A stretch of DNA of 51,589 bases from a virus. Position 1 is the first letter of the stretch. Each line of letters opens with the position of its first letter. The translations under genes and the position numbers were made by a program. Location: the IMG/VR virus record IMGVR_UViG_3300024974_000002, positions 1 through 51,589 of that record. The stretch is one strand, 5' to 3'. Below the pieces are notes generated by a model, which saw only the letters and a list, made by a program, of their open reading frames with translations, made no database searches and was not told where the DNA came from. This document shows positions 43,215 through 51,589 of this stretch, piece after piece.

Positions 43215-44627
43215 ATGGAAGAAATAATCGCATTATTACAATCAGACCCGGCAAAAGCAATTGAGACCATCAAGGCTCAAAGTACCAAGAAAGCATCTGA
43301 CATTGATAGTTACGTCAAGGAGTACAAGGATTTTGACCGAAACCAACGAGAAGGACAACTCGAAAAGATACAGTTAGACAAAACACTTGATGCCGGAAAA
43401 GTATCCAAAATGGTTAAAATTTACATTAACCACGCCCAAAATATTGTCGAAACAATGGCAGCATTTACCATCGGTAAACCCATCACTTTAATTCCATCCG
43501 AAGAAAGCAATTTGGCCAAGTTGGTCAAACAAATTTGGCGAGTAAACCGCATCGATTCAAAACTGCTTGATGCCACGATCATCAAGTTTTCGCAAACCCA
43601 AGTCGCAATGCAATTCTACATTGTAGATGCTGGAGAAACTTCGCTTTTGAATAAAGTGTTGTCATACTTGAAACTTAAAACACAGATCAAGGAAATAAAA
43701 GCCAAAGTATTGGATAATACCAAGGGAACGATGACACCATATTTTGATGCCACAGGCGATATGTTGTTGTTTATGTGGGAATACAAAGCCAAGGAAGGCG
43801 ACAAAGAGGTGGCCAATGTACAGATTTGGAATGAAATTAATATGTTTCATTTCAAAGACGGTGTTTTATTTGGAAAACCTTTGCTCCACGGCTTCGACAG
43901 GATTCCAGTTGTTTACGATTCACAGGATGAACCGCTATGGTACACCGTTAAATCGCCTATAGATAGACACGAAGTTGCCTTGTCAAAATTGGGTGATTCC
44001 AATGATTATTCTGGGCATCCTATTTTATTGACCGAGGGGGAAGGTATATCTATGCCTTCGAAATCAGAAAGCGGTAAGCATTTTAACATTCCAATTAAAT
44101 TAGGAGGCGAAGATGGCAAAACACTTATCAAAGGCGATGTTCGTTTTCTTGAAGCCCAAACAGCACCGGAAAGCAACAAACTGGAATTGGATAAACTAGA
44201 AGACACCATCGCTTACGGTTCTGGAGTTCCCAACCTATCATTGGAAAAACTGAAATCATTGGGTAACGTGGCCGAAAAAACAGTAAAGCTAATGTTTATC
44301 GCCACCGACATCAAAGCCGCTTTGAAGCAATCAGCAACAAGAACATTTGTCGAAAGATGTATCAATATCATTGTTTCGGGAGTGACAAAAACTACCAATA
44401 CTACCATGGCGGCTGAGGGTAAAGCCTTGTATTACGACATTCAATTCAATTCTATTTTGCCGTCGGATATTGCCGAAACGGTAACCTATCTATCCAATGC
44501 CGTTGCAGGTAAATTTGTGAGCCAAAAAACAGCTATGGGAATAATTGATTTAGTAGATGACCACGAAGCGGAATTGGCACAAATAGCATTAGAAAACAAA
44601 GTGGGTATTGTAGTGCCTACAGCTTAA
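43215..44627 (+). CDS. Portal protein
   Basis: 470 aa, directly downstream of terL. Size and position are typical of SPP1-type portals. Confidence 0.7.
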   Translation: MEEIIALLQSDPAKAIETIKAQSTKKASDIDSYVKEYKDFDRNQREGQLEKIQLDKTLDAGKVSKMVKIYINHAQNIVETMAAFTIGKPITLIPSEESNLAKLVKQIWRVNRIDSKLLDATIIKFSQTQVAMQFYIVDAGETSLLNKVLSYLKLKTQIKEIKAKVLDNTKGTMTPYFDATGDMLLFMWEYKAKEGDKEVANVQIWNEINMFHFKDGVLFGKPLLHGFDRIPVVYDSQDEPLWYTVKSPIDRHEVALSKLGDSNDYSGHPILLTEGEGISMPSKSESGKHFNIPIKLGGEDGKTLIKGDVRFLEAQTAPESNKLELDKLEDTIAYGSGVPNLSLEKLKSLGNVAEKTVKLMFIATDIKAALKQSATRTFVERCINIIVSGVTKTTNTTMAAEGKALYYDIQFNSILPSDIAETVTYLSNAVAGKFVSQKTAMGIIDLVDDHEAELAQIALENKVGIVVPTA

Positions 44628-44630
44628 ATT

Positions 44631-44957
44631 ATGAAATCAAAAACAGTTTCAATACCCATATATTTTGGTAAACTTACGATCATAAGTACTGATGATTTTA
44701 AAGAAGTGAACAAGATTTACAAAACAAAAGCCAAAAATAAGCTTTATGATGCCGTTGTGTTTGAAACTCTTGGAAGAGGAGAATATGTAGTAGCGATAAA
44801 AGTAGTTGATTGGTCTATAATTGCCCACGAAACAGTACACTTGGTAAACGATATTTTTTTAAAGTGCGGAGTGCAACTGGACCGAGTAAATGATGAACCA
44901 CAGGCTTATTTAACAGGATGGATAGTAAATGAAATCGATAAATTTTTAAAAGAATAA
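44631..44957 (+). CDS. Small protein with an HExxH motif
   Basis: IIAHETVHLVNDIF. 108 aa, lies after the portal. Confidence 0.5.
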   Translation: MKSKTVSIPIYFGKLTIISTDDFKEVNKIYKTKAKNKLYDAVVFETLGRGEYVVAIKVVDWSIIAHETVHLVNDIFLKCGVQLDRVNDEPQAYLTGWIVNEIDKFLKE

Positions 44958-45018
44958 TAATAAATAAAGCGGAACCCGAAAAGCTAATGAGTAGGGAAAA
45001 TATCAAAAATATATAATT

Positions 45019-45246
45019 ATGTCACAAGTAAGAGCAAAATTCGTGTGTAATCAAATTACAGATAGTCCAGAGTATAAGCAAAAATTAGTTTCATTAACCC
45101 CAGTAGTTTCCGGAAGTGAAGAAAATAAATCATTTGCAAAATACACACCAGCTGGAAGCGTTTCATTAAATATTAGTGATGAAACGGAAGCGGCCAATTT
45201 CTTCGAACAAGGTAAAGAATACTACCTTGACTTCACAGAAGCATAA
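45019..45246 (+). CDS. Hypothetical protein
   Basis: 75 aa, followed by a terminator. Confidence 0.55.
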   Translation: MSQVRAKFVCNQITDSPEYKQKLVSLTPVVSGSEENKSFAKYTPAGSVSLNISDETEAANFFEQGKEYYLDFTEA

Positions 45247-45267
45247 AATTGGAAACATTTCAATATT

Positions 45268-45297
45268 AAAACCACTCTTTTTTTGGGTGGTTTTTTT
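45268..45297 (+). terminator. Intrinsic terminator
   Basis: AAACCAC-loop-GTGGTTT, followed by a T-run. Confidence 0.65.
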
Positions 45298-45321
45298 ATG
45301 ATTAAATTTATTATTTATAAT

Positions 45322-45357
45322 GATTCTAAATAAGAAAATAATTTTATTACATTTGTT
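45322..45357 (+). promoter_or_regulatory. Late promoter/operator, near-copy of 7958..7991
   Basis: GATTCTAAATAAGAAAATAATTTTATTACATTTGTT. Imperfect palindrome TTATTTATAAT-G-ATTCTAAATAA. TACATTTG box. Confidence 0.6.
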
Positions 45358-45388
45358 CTTTATAAATCAACAATTTAAAACAATTATC

Positions 45389-46060
45389 ATGGCAGTAAAA
45401 CCTGAAATTATTAAGGCACGACTTAAGGCTTTGTTTCCTAAGGCGAACTTATCTCAAAAAAGGCTAGACACTTATGTGGCTAAACTTGCACCAAAACCAG
45501 CCGATGATGCCGATGAAGCAGCAGTCGATGCAATAATTAACGATTACAATGATGTAATTGATTTTGTTGCAGTAGCACAAGAGGACGACAGAACACGAAC
45601 TCTTGAAGCCGACAAAAAGAAAGCCGAAGATGCAGCAGCAGCCAAAGGTGCTAAAGGAGGAAAAAAAGACGGTGAGGAAGAGGAAGAAGAAGATGAAACC
45701 GAAGGATTGACACCTTTTGAAAAAAAGATGTTAAAAAGTTTCGGTGATCTAAAATCTGACATTGACTCAATTAAAACTGGTAATGTTCTTCAAACAAAAA
45801 AACAAACCGCTTCTCAATTATTTGAAAAGTCAGATGTTTTAAGCAAGCTGAAAGAAGATTTAAAACCTCGCTGGGTTAATCGAATAGACGTGAATTCAGA
45901 GACCTCAATCGAGGATCAAATCAAGGAATTAGAAACGGAATATTCAGAATTAGTCCAAGTGAATGCCGATAATAATCAGTATGGCGGTGCAGCCGGTGGT
46001 GGAAACCCAGGTGCAACATTTGATGAAAAAGCAATGGCTGAGGTTGTTAAAAGTATGTAA
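45389..46060 (+). CDS. Scaffolding protein (ATG 45389)
   Basis: Helical with an acidic run EEEEEEDETE. Lies just upstream of the capsid genes. The track start 45320 lies within the promoter repeat. Confidence 0.6.
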   Translation: MAVKPEIIKARLKALFPKANLSQKRLDTYVAKLAPKPADDADEAAVDAIINDYNDVIDFVAVAQEDDRTRTLEADKKKAEDAAAAKGAKGGKKDGEEEEEEDETEGLTPFEKKMLKSFGDLKSDIDSIKTGNVLQTKKQTASQLFEKSDVLSKLKEDLKPRWVNRIDVNSETSIEDQIKELETEYSELVQVNADNNQYGGAAGGGNPGATFDEKAMAEVVKSM

Positions 46061-46091
46061 AAACAATTATTAACAAAAAACATTAGAAATT

Positions 46092-46493
46092 ATGTCTGAC
46101 GTAAAAGGAGATTTATCTAACACACCAATCCAAGTTGATACCACTTTGGATGTTGTGATCATTAAAAAGGTAGACCACGACATACCGGGAGGAAAAACTC
46201 TCGATGTTACAGGTGTTACCGAAGAAGTATTGAAGGCTGGTAGAGTTATCATTATTGAAACGGCTACCGGAAAACTAAAACCGTTGGCTATTTCTGCAGG
46301 TGCTTATGCTGCATTGCCATCTGGACATACCTACAAAGGTATTTTGATCGCTACCATTCTAACAAAAAGACCTTTTGCGTCTGTTATGTTGGCCGGAGAC
46401 GTTAATGAAGGAGCTGTAATCAATTATGAATTGCCAGCTATTCCTGCAGGAGCAAAAACAGCTCTTACTCACATTTTATTCACTCAAGATTAA
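46092..46493 (+). CDS. Head-associated protein (decoration-like by position)
   Basis: 133 aa, between the scaffold and major capsid genes. Confidence 0.4.
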   Translation: MSDVKGDLSNTPIQVDTTLDVVIIKKVDHDIPGGKTLDVTGVTEEVLKAGRVIIIETATGKLKPLAISAGAYAALPSGHTYKGILIATILTKRPFASVMLAGDVNEGAVINYELPAIPAGAKTALTHILFTQD

Positions 46494-46503
46494 TTATTAA
46501 ATT

Positions 46504-47796
46504 ATGGAAAAGTCCTTATTCCCTGCGTGGGTGGATAAATTGTTCAAATTTATCACAACACAAACATTAACAGATTTGATAAACGGAACCACTAATCCGT
46601 TGACATATCTTCACAGAACAATGTTGAGAAAAGAATACTCGCCAACGCTTCGTTGGGGTTCTTTATCAACATTAAACACAGCTGTATCAGCTGATGTTGT
46701 TTCAATGAATTCCTCTTTGCCTTTGAAAAAAAGAGATTCTATTAAAAAGGCTGATGGAGAAATTCCTAAAATTGGTATGAAAATACCTCTTGACGAAAAC
46801 ACGATGAATGAACTAAACATTCTATTAGCTGTTGGAGGTCAAGAAAATGAAGTTGTTAGAAAACTTTTTGCAGATTCAAAAAAATGTATCACCGGTGTTT
46901 GGGAGCGTTTAGAATACATGTTTCTACAGGCATTATCTACAGGCTATATTTTAGTGGCCGATGATGATAATCCAGGGCTTGGAATTCGTGTTAATTTCAA
47001 TCATCCAGCAAAAAACAAGTTTGGTGTTTCTGCTAAATGGTCAGATTCAGCTGCAAAACCTATTGATGATATTGATAGAGTAATCGAAGCAGCCAGACCT
47101 TTTGGAAATGTTATTCGACATATTTTAATGGATAAACAAACGTGGAATAAATTCAAAGTAAATCAGCAAGTTAGAGAACAATATGCTTTCTATCGTGATT
47201 TCGTTGGATCAAACATTCCACCAGTTCAATCTGTCGATAAAGCAAATGAATTTTTGCAAGCTACTTACGGAATTATGATAATGATTGTCGATAGACAAGT
47301 TATGGTCGAAAAAGACGGTAAACAAAAATCTGTAAAACCTTGGGCTGATAATGCAGTTGTTTTCTTGACTGATACAAATGTAGGTACATTAACTTATGGT
47401 AGATTAGCCGAAGAAACTTTCCCAAGTAAATCGGTTGATTATCAAAAACTAGATGATTTTATTTTAGTTTCTAAATACCATACTAACGATCCAATCAAAG
47501 AGTACACATCTTCTCAAGCTATTGTATTGCCAGTTATCAACAACATCGACAGTATTTACATATTGGATTGTGAAGAAGCTACTGCTTCAACTGATACACA
47601 AACTGAAGGTGATGCTGCTTACTTGTACAAAACAGTTTCTTACACTAAAGCTTCTGTAATAGCTGCTATTAACTTGGCAGTGGGAACTACCAAAGCGAAA
47701 TCAACTAATCTTGATGCTACTTTGGCCAAATACATTGACGAGCTTTCAGCAGAACAAGTATTGGTATTCGAAGCTAACATCGTAGCATCAGCATAA
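46504..47796 (+). CDS. Major capsid protein
   Basis: 430 aa. Position is after the scaffold and before the connector genes. Confidence 0.65.
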   Translation: MEKSLFPAWVDKLFKFITTQTLTDLINGTTNPLTYLHRTMLRKEYSPTLRWGSLSTLNTAVSADVVSMNSSLPLKKRDSIKKADGEIPKIGMKIPLDENTMNELNILLAVGGQENEVVRKLFADSKKCITGVWERLEYMFLQALSTGYILVADDDNPGLGIRVNFNHPAKNKFGVSAKWSDSAAKPIDDIDRVIEAARPFGNVIRHILMDKQTWNKFKVNQQVREQYAFYRDFVGSNIPPVQSVDKANEFLQATYGIMIMIVDRQVMVEKDGKQKSVKPWADNAVVFLTDTNVGTLTYGRLAEETFPSKSVDYQKLDDFILVSKYHTNDPIKEYTSSQAIVLPVINNIDSIYILDCEEATASTDTQTEGDAAYLYKTVSYTKASVIAAINLAVGTTKAKSTNLDATLAKYIDELSAEQVLVFEANIVASA

Positions 47797-47797
47797 T

Positions 47798-48379
47798 ATG
47801 TACAACGAACAAAGCATAACGTCATTAGTCACTAGAATTGGTTGGGAAAAACCTTTAGACACTGCATTTGCAATTGAGTTAGATGAGGAGGTTCTAACCG
47901 CAGATTCAGAACGAAAAGTAAATTCTTTTCATCAACTCGTTACCGTGGAAAATATGTATGCAGCAGTTCCAGAAATAGAAATGGAAGCCGAAGATTTCAA
48001 CGGCTTCCTTTCTTCTATTCGTAAACAATCGGTTTTAGAGGTCTTGACCGCTATTTTCGACAAAAACGAACAGTACATAGAAACCGTTGATTATTCTGAA
48101 TTGATACTTGCAAGACCAAGACTGTTTGATGATGCCATTGGATATTGCATGGCCATAAAAGCATTAGAATTGTTCATTGCATCCAGTAGAAGCAATCTTT
48201 TAGAACGAAATGCCAAATTGAGTTTCCAAAACCTTAAAATTGAATTGGAAGGAGTTCGAAACGATGGCGGTTTCTTCGTGGCCAAAGGAATAATCTACAA
48301 AATGGAAAGAGCGATCCAAAAAGCGCAAAACATATTGTTTCCAAAAAACGCAACCGTGCAAAACGGCAAACCCTGGTAA
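47798..48379 (+). CDS. Head-tail connector/adaptor (by position)
   Basis: 193 aa, ATG overlaps the capsid stop region. Confidence 0.4.
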   Translation: MYNEQSITSLVTRIGWEKPLDTAFAIELDEEVLTADSERKVNSFHQLVTVENMYAAVPEIEMEAEDFNGFLSSIRKQSVLEVLTAIFDKNEQYIETVDYSELILARPRLFDDAIGYCMAIKALELFIASSRSNLLERNAKLSFQNLKIELEGVRNDGGFFVAKGIIYKMERAIQKAQNILFPKNATVQNGKPW

Positions 48380-48381
48380 TT

Positions 48382-48912
48382 ATGAACTATAACAACTATC
48401 CAGCCAAAGGAATGGACCACAAAGTCAAACTCATTCAAAATGCTTTAGCATTGCATTTGGGTTTCACCGGAGTTGATTTTTATGGACGGGTCCAAAAGGT
48501 TCTGGCCAAGGATGGAAAATCATTTGTTCCGGAAGTACACATTTCAAGCAAAGAACGAAAAGAAGTTTTTTATGACGATGTGAAAGCGCCTGGAGGCAAT
48601 GTTTTCTTTATTGACGATGACAATCACGCATCGAAAGATGGGAAGTTGTTCACGGCCAAGGTAAAAATTGTTTTTATGTTGAATTTGAACAAAATTTTTC
48701 CAAACGCAACCTACAGGGCAGATTCAGAAGTTCAGGATATATGCATAAAGCTAGTCGAAAAAATAAAAGCATTAGACATCACCGGACTTGAAAAAGGATT
48801 AAAAAACGTGTTGAAAGATTTCAATATTGAACAAATCAAGTTGAGCGATTTACAGCCATATCATACTTTTTCTATAAACGGGGATTTGAAATACACATTT
48901 AATTGTAACTAA
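48382..48912 (+). CDS. Head-tail joining/tail completion protein (by position)
   Basis: 176 aa. Confidence 0.4.
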   Translation: MNYNNYPAKGMDHKVKLIQNALALHLGFTGVDFYGRVQKVLAKDGKSFVPEVHISSKERKEVFYDDVKAPGGNVFFIDDDNHASKDGKLFTAKVKIVFMLNLNKIFPNATYRADSEVQDICIKLVEKIKALDITGLEKGLKNVLKDFNIEQIKLSDLQPYHTFSINGDLKYTFNCN

Positions 48913-48927
48913 TAAAAAACAGGAACT

Positions 48928-49791
48928 ATGAGTATAATCGTAGAATTCACCGCAACCGGTGAAAGCAATAAAAATACTGGTGCTAATGACCAATTCCACG
49001 AAGGAGTAGCCATTCGCCACGCACTGGCAACTGACGAGCAAGAATTTGCCACCGTTGTAGCTGCCAAAACATTGGCCACTTGGAAAGCCGATGTTGATTT
49101 GAAGAAAATCATACCATTGTATGAAATAGAGGAATTAGCCATTGGCGATACTGCTGATGCTTTCTTCGAAGGAAATTCAAAATACAAAACCAAAAACGGC
49201 AAGAAAATCAGGACTTTCACTTGTATGATTGGTTTGAATTCTCACGCTGCATTGGCATCTTACAACAATAAAACAATGCGTGTTTATGAGTTTACCGATG
49301 CGCAAGAAATCAAGGGAGTTACTCCAGATGGTGTAAAAGTTCGTGGCCAGTTAGTAACAATCGAAGTTGGAAAACGTGTTGATGCTATGCCGGACAAACC
49401 AGCGCACACTCCGGTAACTTTGACTTATTCTGATTACAAAGATTTCGAGAAAAATGGTGTAATCGTGAAACCAACTTGGAGCCACATCGAAGTAAACGGA
49501 ATCTTCGACGCTAAAATAGTTGTCGTGAGTTCTTCTGCAACTTCGGTTAAATTCAAAGTGTTGACAGGCGATGCCCTTGATCCGGTAACCTCATTAGATA
49601 CTGCCGATGTAACTTTCAAAACTAATCTTGGCGTTGCCGTGACACATTCATTTGTGCCTGCCGATGCTGATGGAGTTTATGAGTTAACAGGAACCGGCTT
49701 TGTTGCAGGAAGTAAAGTTGACTTGAATGGAGTTGTTGTTCAAACAGAAGCCACTTACCAAAGCGTTGGTGCCGTTGCTACAACTGCATAA
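48928..49791 (+). CDS. Major tail (tube) protein with a C-terminal Ig-like extension
   Basis: 287 aa, upstream of the chaperones and TMP. The C-terminal region VVVSSSATSVKFKVLTGDALDPV...VYELTGTGFVAGSKVDLNGV is Ig-like. A strong terminator lies about 200 nt downstream (49987..50025). Confidence 0.6.
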   Translation: MSIIVEFTATGESNKNTGANDQFHEGVAIRHALATDEQEFATVVAAKTLATWKADVDLKKIIPLYEIEELAIGDTADAFFEGNSKYKTKNGKKIRTFTCMIGLNSHAALASYNNKTMRVYEFTDAQEIKGVTPDGVKVRGQLVTIEVGKRVDAMPDKPAHTPVTLTYSDYKDFEKNGVIVKPTWSHIEVNGIFDAKIVVVSSSATSVKFKVLTGDALDPVTSLDTADVTFKTNLGVAVTHSFVPADADGVYELTGTGFVAGSKVDLNGVVVQTEATYQSVGAVATTA

Positions 49792-49794
49792 CAA

Positions 49795-49965
49795 ATGTCA
49801 CGTCCTAAATACAAAGGTATAACGTTTGAAGAAAATTACAGTAGAACGTTTGAGCAGTTCAGAGCTGAATTCGAGAATACATGGGTATTCAAGGGAATTG
49901 AAGAAAAAGAACGGCTGGTAGAACTAAAGAAAGCGTTTAAAATCGCTTCCAAGAAATCAGAATAA
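49795..49965 (+). CDS. Hypothetical small protein (56 aa, below track cutoff)
   Basis: Reads MSRPKYKGITFEENYSRTFEQFRAEFENTWVFKGIEEKERLVELKKAFKIASKKSE. Confidence 0.4.
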   Translation: MSRPKYKGITFEENYSRTFEQFRAEFENTWVFKGIEEKERLVELKKAFKIASKKSE

Positions 49966-49986
49966 AAGATTAAAATTTATTGAACA

Positions 49987-50025
49987 AGAGGCTAAAATCA
50001 TCCAATGGTTTAGCCTCTTTTTTTA
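49987..50025 (+). terminator. Strong intrinsic terminator (attenuator) after the tail tube gene
   Basis: AGAGGCTAAA-12 nt-TTTAGCCTCT, then TTTTTTT. Confidence 0.8.
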
Positions 50026-50033
50026 TACAAAAT

Positions 50034-50483
50034 ATGGCCACATTCAACCAACAATTAGAGCGTTCAAAAGCTGTTTCTTCTGAAAACATCGCCAAGGACT
50101 TGTTTCTATTCATCAAAACCGTAAGTGAGTATATGGTCGAATTGAACAAAAAACAAATCAATCAGGATAGCCAGGATATTTACGGAAAAGCAATTGGGTT
50201 TTATTCCAAAGCCACGGACATCTTGACCAATGGACAAAAAGAATGGGGCACGCCTTTCACCGGAAAAGATACAGGCGACTGGCTGGGCAGTTTTTATGTA
50301 AGCGTTCTTGATGATGTCTTTTTCTTCGGTTCTACTGATCCTAAAACCGATGATATTTTAAGCAGTAAACATTGGCTTTCCCACAGCCTTTATGGATTGA
50401 CAGACGAAAACCTTAAAGATGTTATCGACACCAAAATAAAACCATTCGTGATGAACTACAACCGTCAAAAAATAGGATTATGA
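50034..50483 (+). CDS. Tail assembly chaperone candidate (G-like; ATG 50034)
   Basis: Lies between the tube protein and TMP. The track start 49980 is TTG inside the terminator. Confidence 0.5.
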   Translation: MATFNQQLERSKAVSSENIAKDLFLFIKTVSEYMVELNKKQINQDSQDIYGKAIGFYSKATDILTNGQKEWGTPFTGKDTGDWLGSFYVSVLDDVFFFGSTDPKTDDILSSKHWLSHSLYGLTDENLKDVIDTKIKPFVMNYNRQKIGL

Positions 50484-51067
50484 TTTACAAAACACTCCGA
50501 AAATTACCAATGGTAACCTTTACTGAAATAACTGAATCAGGTGATATCACATTACTTTCTGATGAAGAAACTCCTATTGATGAATTGGTGACGATTTGGA
50601 ATGAATTATTTGAACAATACCAGCAAAAATACAACAAGCAAAACAGCAACAAAGTATTCAGTCTTGAAAAAGAAATCGAATACCTGGACAAAAAATACTT
50701 CGAAATAAAGTTGATCATCGAAGCTTTAAAATTTGATGTTTATCAAGAGTTAATTTCAATTCTTCGAGATTATGGATACAGATTCCGTGACGAAAACTAC
50801 AATGAAGATCTGGAACGTGTAGAACGAGAAAGTAAGGGTATTGTTCAGAAAATTAACCAACTTAAACAAGGACTTCCAAAAGTTGATGAATCAGGACCTG
50901 AAAACAAGGACAATTCAATCATCAATCTAATGGCCAGTTACTCTTCTGTTTTGGGTTATGATTTTGACTATTACACTGTATCAGTAGAGAAATTCAAATC
51001 ACTGGAAAACCAAGTGAAACAAAAAATAGCAGCTATCGAAAAAAATAACGCTAAAAACCGCAAATAA
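50480..51067 (+). CDS. Second tail chaperone-position protein (T-like; -1 frame relative to the previous ORF)
   Basis: ATGA overlap with the upstream ORF. Its frame is open from 50417. Immediately precedes TMP. Confidence 0.5.
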   Translation: MIYKTLRKLPMVTFTEITESGDITLLSDEETPIDELVTIWNELFEQYQQKYNKQNSNKVFSLEKEIEYLDKKYFEIKLIIEALKFDVYQELISILRDYGYRFRDENYNEDLERVERESKGIVQKINQLKQGLPKVDESGPENKDNSIINLMASYSSVLGYDFDYYTVSVEKFKSLENQVKQKIAAIEKNNAKNRK

Positions 51068-51589
51068 TGGAAGGAACCATAACCCGAAAAGATATAATTA
51101 CAGACGATGCTTTGCGCTGGGGTGATGAATATGCAAAAACATTGAATGAGGCAATTGCTAAAAATAGAGAATTTGTAGATTCAATTATTTTATTGAATGC
51201 TGAAAATGTGAAACTTCGTCGAAGTGAAAATCAAACCGAGTTTATCAAGCAGAAAAACGAAGTGAAACTCCTTGCCGAACAATCAATAGTTACGTTGAAA
51301 GAGCAGCAAATTGCCGAAACCAATTTGGAGAAAGTAAAGCAAGAAGCTTTAAAAACGGAGAAACTAGCCTTGGAAGTTGCCAATAAAAAACAGGCAGCAA
51401 CAAGAGCCGGAACAAAGCTTTCTATCGAGGAACGTGTGGCCAATGAACAGAACAACCGAATAGCAAAAGAACAGGCCATTTTATCCAGCAAAATGACAAC
51501 GGCTTATACAAAGCTAAACCTACAGCGAACTATTGCCAAAAGGAATTTGCTTGATTTATTGAGTGCCGAAAATCAAAACACAGAAGCCA
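51067..51589 (+). CDS. Tail tape measure protein, N-terminal part (runs off the window end and continues at nt 128 after removing the duplicated 127 nt)
   Basis: ATG 51067 overlaps the stop of the upstream ORF (ATAATG). The frame stays open to the window end. The joined ORF would be 3618 nt (about 1205 aa). Confidence 0.8.
   Translation, partial: MEGTITRKDIITDDALRWGDEYAKTLNEAIAKNREFVDSIILLNAENVKLRRSENQTEFIKQKNEVKLLAEQSIVTLKEQQIAETNLEKVKQEALKTEKLALEVANKKQAATRAGTKLSIEERVANEQNNRIAKEQAILSSKMTTAYTKLNLQRTIAKRNLLDLLSAENQNTEA
51463..51589. repeat. Terminal direct repeat copy B, identical to 1..127
   Basis: Same 127-nt string as the window start. Confidence 0.95.

Noticed and set aside
1-51589. Alternative genetic code or stop-codon recoding (known in some Bacteroidota phages), prompted by the odd tRNA-like genes
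   Set aside because: Long ORFs across all modules are intact under the standard bacterial code. The only suspicious in-frame stop is the TAA before terL. There is no systematic TAG or TGA interruption of structural genes.

Overview
This window is a complete, gene-dense genome of a temperate siphovirus-like phage, about 51.46 kb unique. It is presented as a closed circular contig: nt 1..127 are identical to 51463..51589, and the tape-measure ORF reads in frame across that junction. No host flanks, rRNA, CRISPR array or transposase were seen. The AT-rich sequence, recurring TTTG / TAnnTTTG promoter boxes, and PcfJ/PcfK-like and DUF4373-like genes suggest a Bacteroidota host, possibly Flavobacteriia-like (inference). 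Modules in order: tail (tape measure, two baseplate-position proteins, 1132-aa fibre); lysis (holin-like, PF11860-type muramidase, membrane-anchored protein); lysogeny (tyrosine integrase, attP carrying a 3' tRNA-Met fragment, S24 CI-like repressor / Cro-like switch); recombination (Rad50-like ATPase, RecT, MBL-fold hydrolase); an accessory island; replication (NinB-like, SF2 helicase, DUF4373-like initiator, RuvC-like, PcfK/PcfJ-like, DnaN clamp); many small early ORFs; a ParB-methyltransferase fusion; a tRNA-like region; then packaging, head and tail tube (TerL, portal, scaffold, capsid, tail tube, chaperones). The main finding is a diversity-generating retroelement (DGR) at 24.06-26.1 kb. 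It has a 76-nt template repeat, two variable repeats that differ from it almost only at template adenines, and a DGR-type reverse transcriptase. Its two targets are small tandem paralogues in the early region rather than a tail fibre, and no Avd-like gene is evident. Other notable items are a canonical tRNA body with a 58-nt segment in place of its anticodon loop, a second degenerate tRNA-like element (both with G3-U70), and several recurring operator or promoter motifs. All coordinates and counts come from hand reading and hand alignment. No database search was run.
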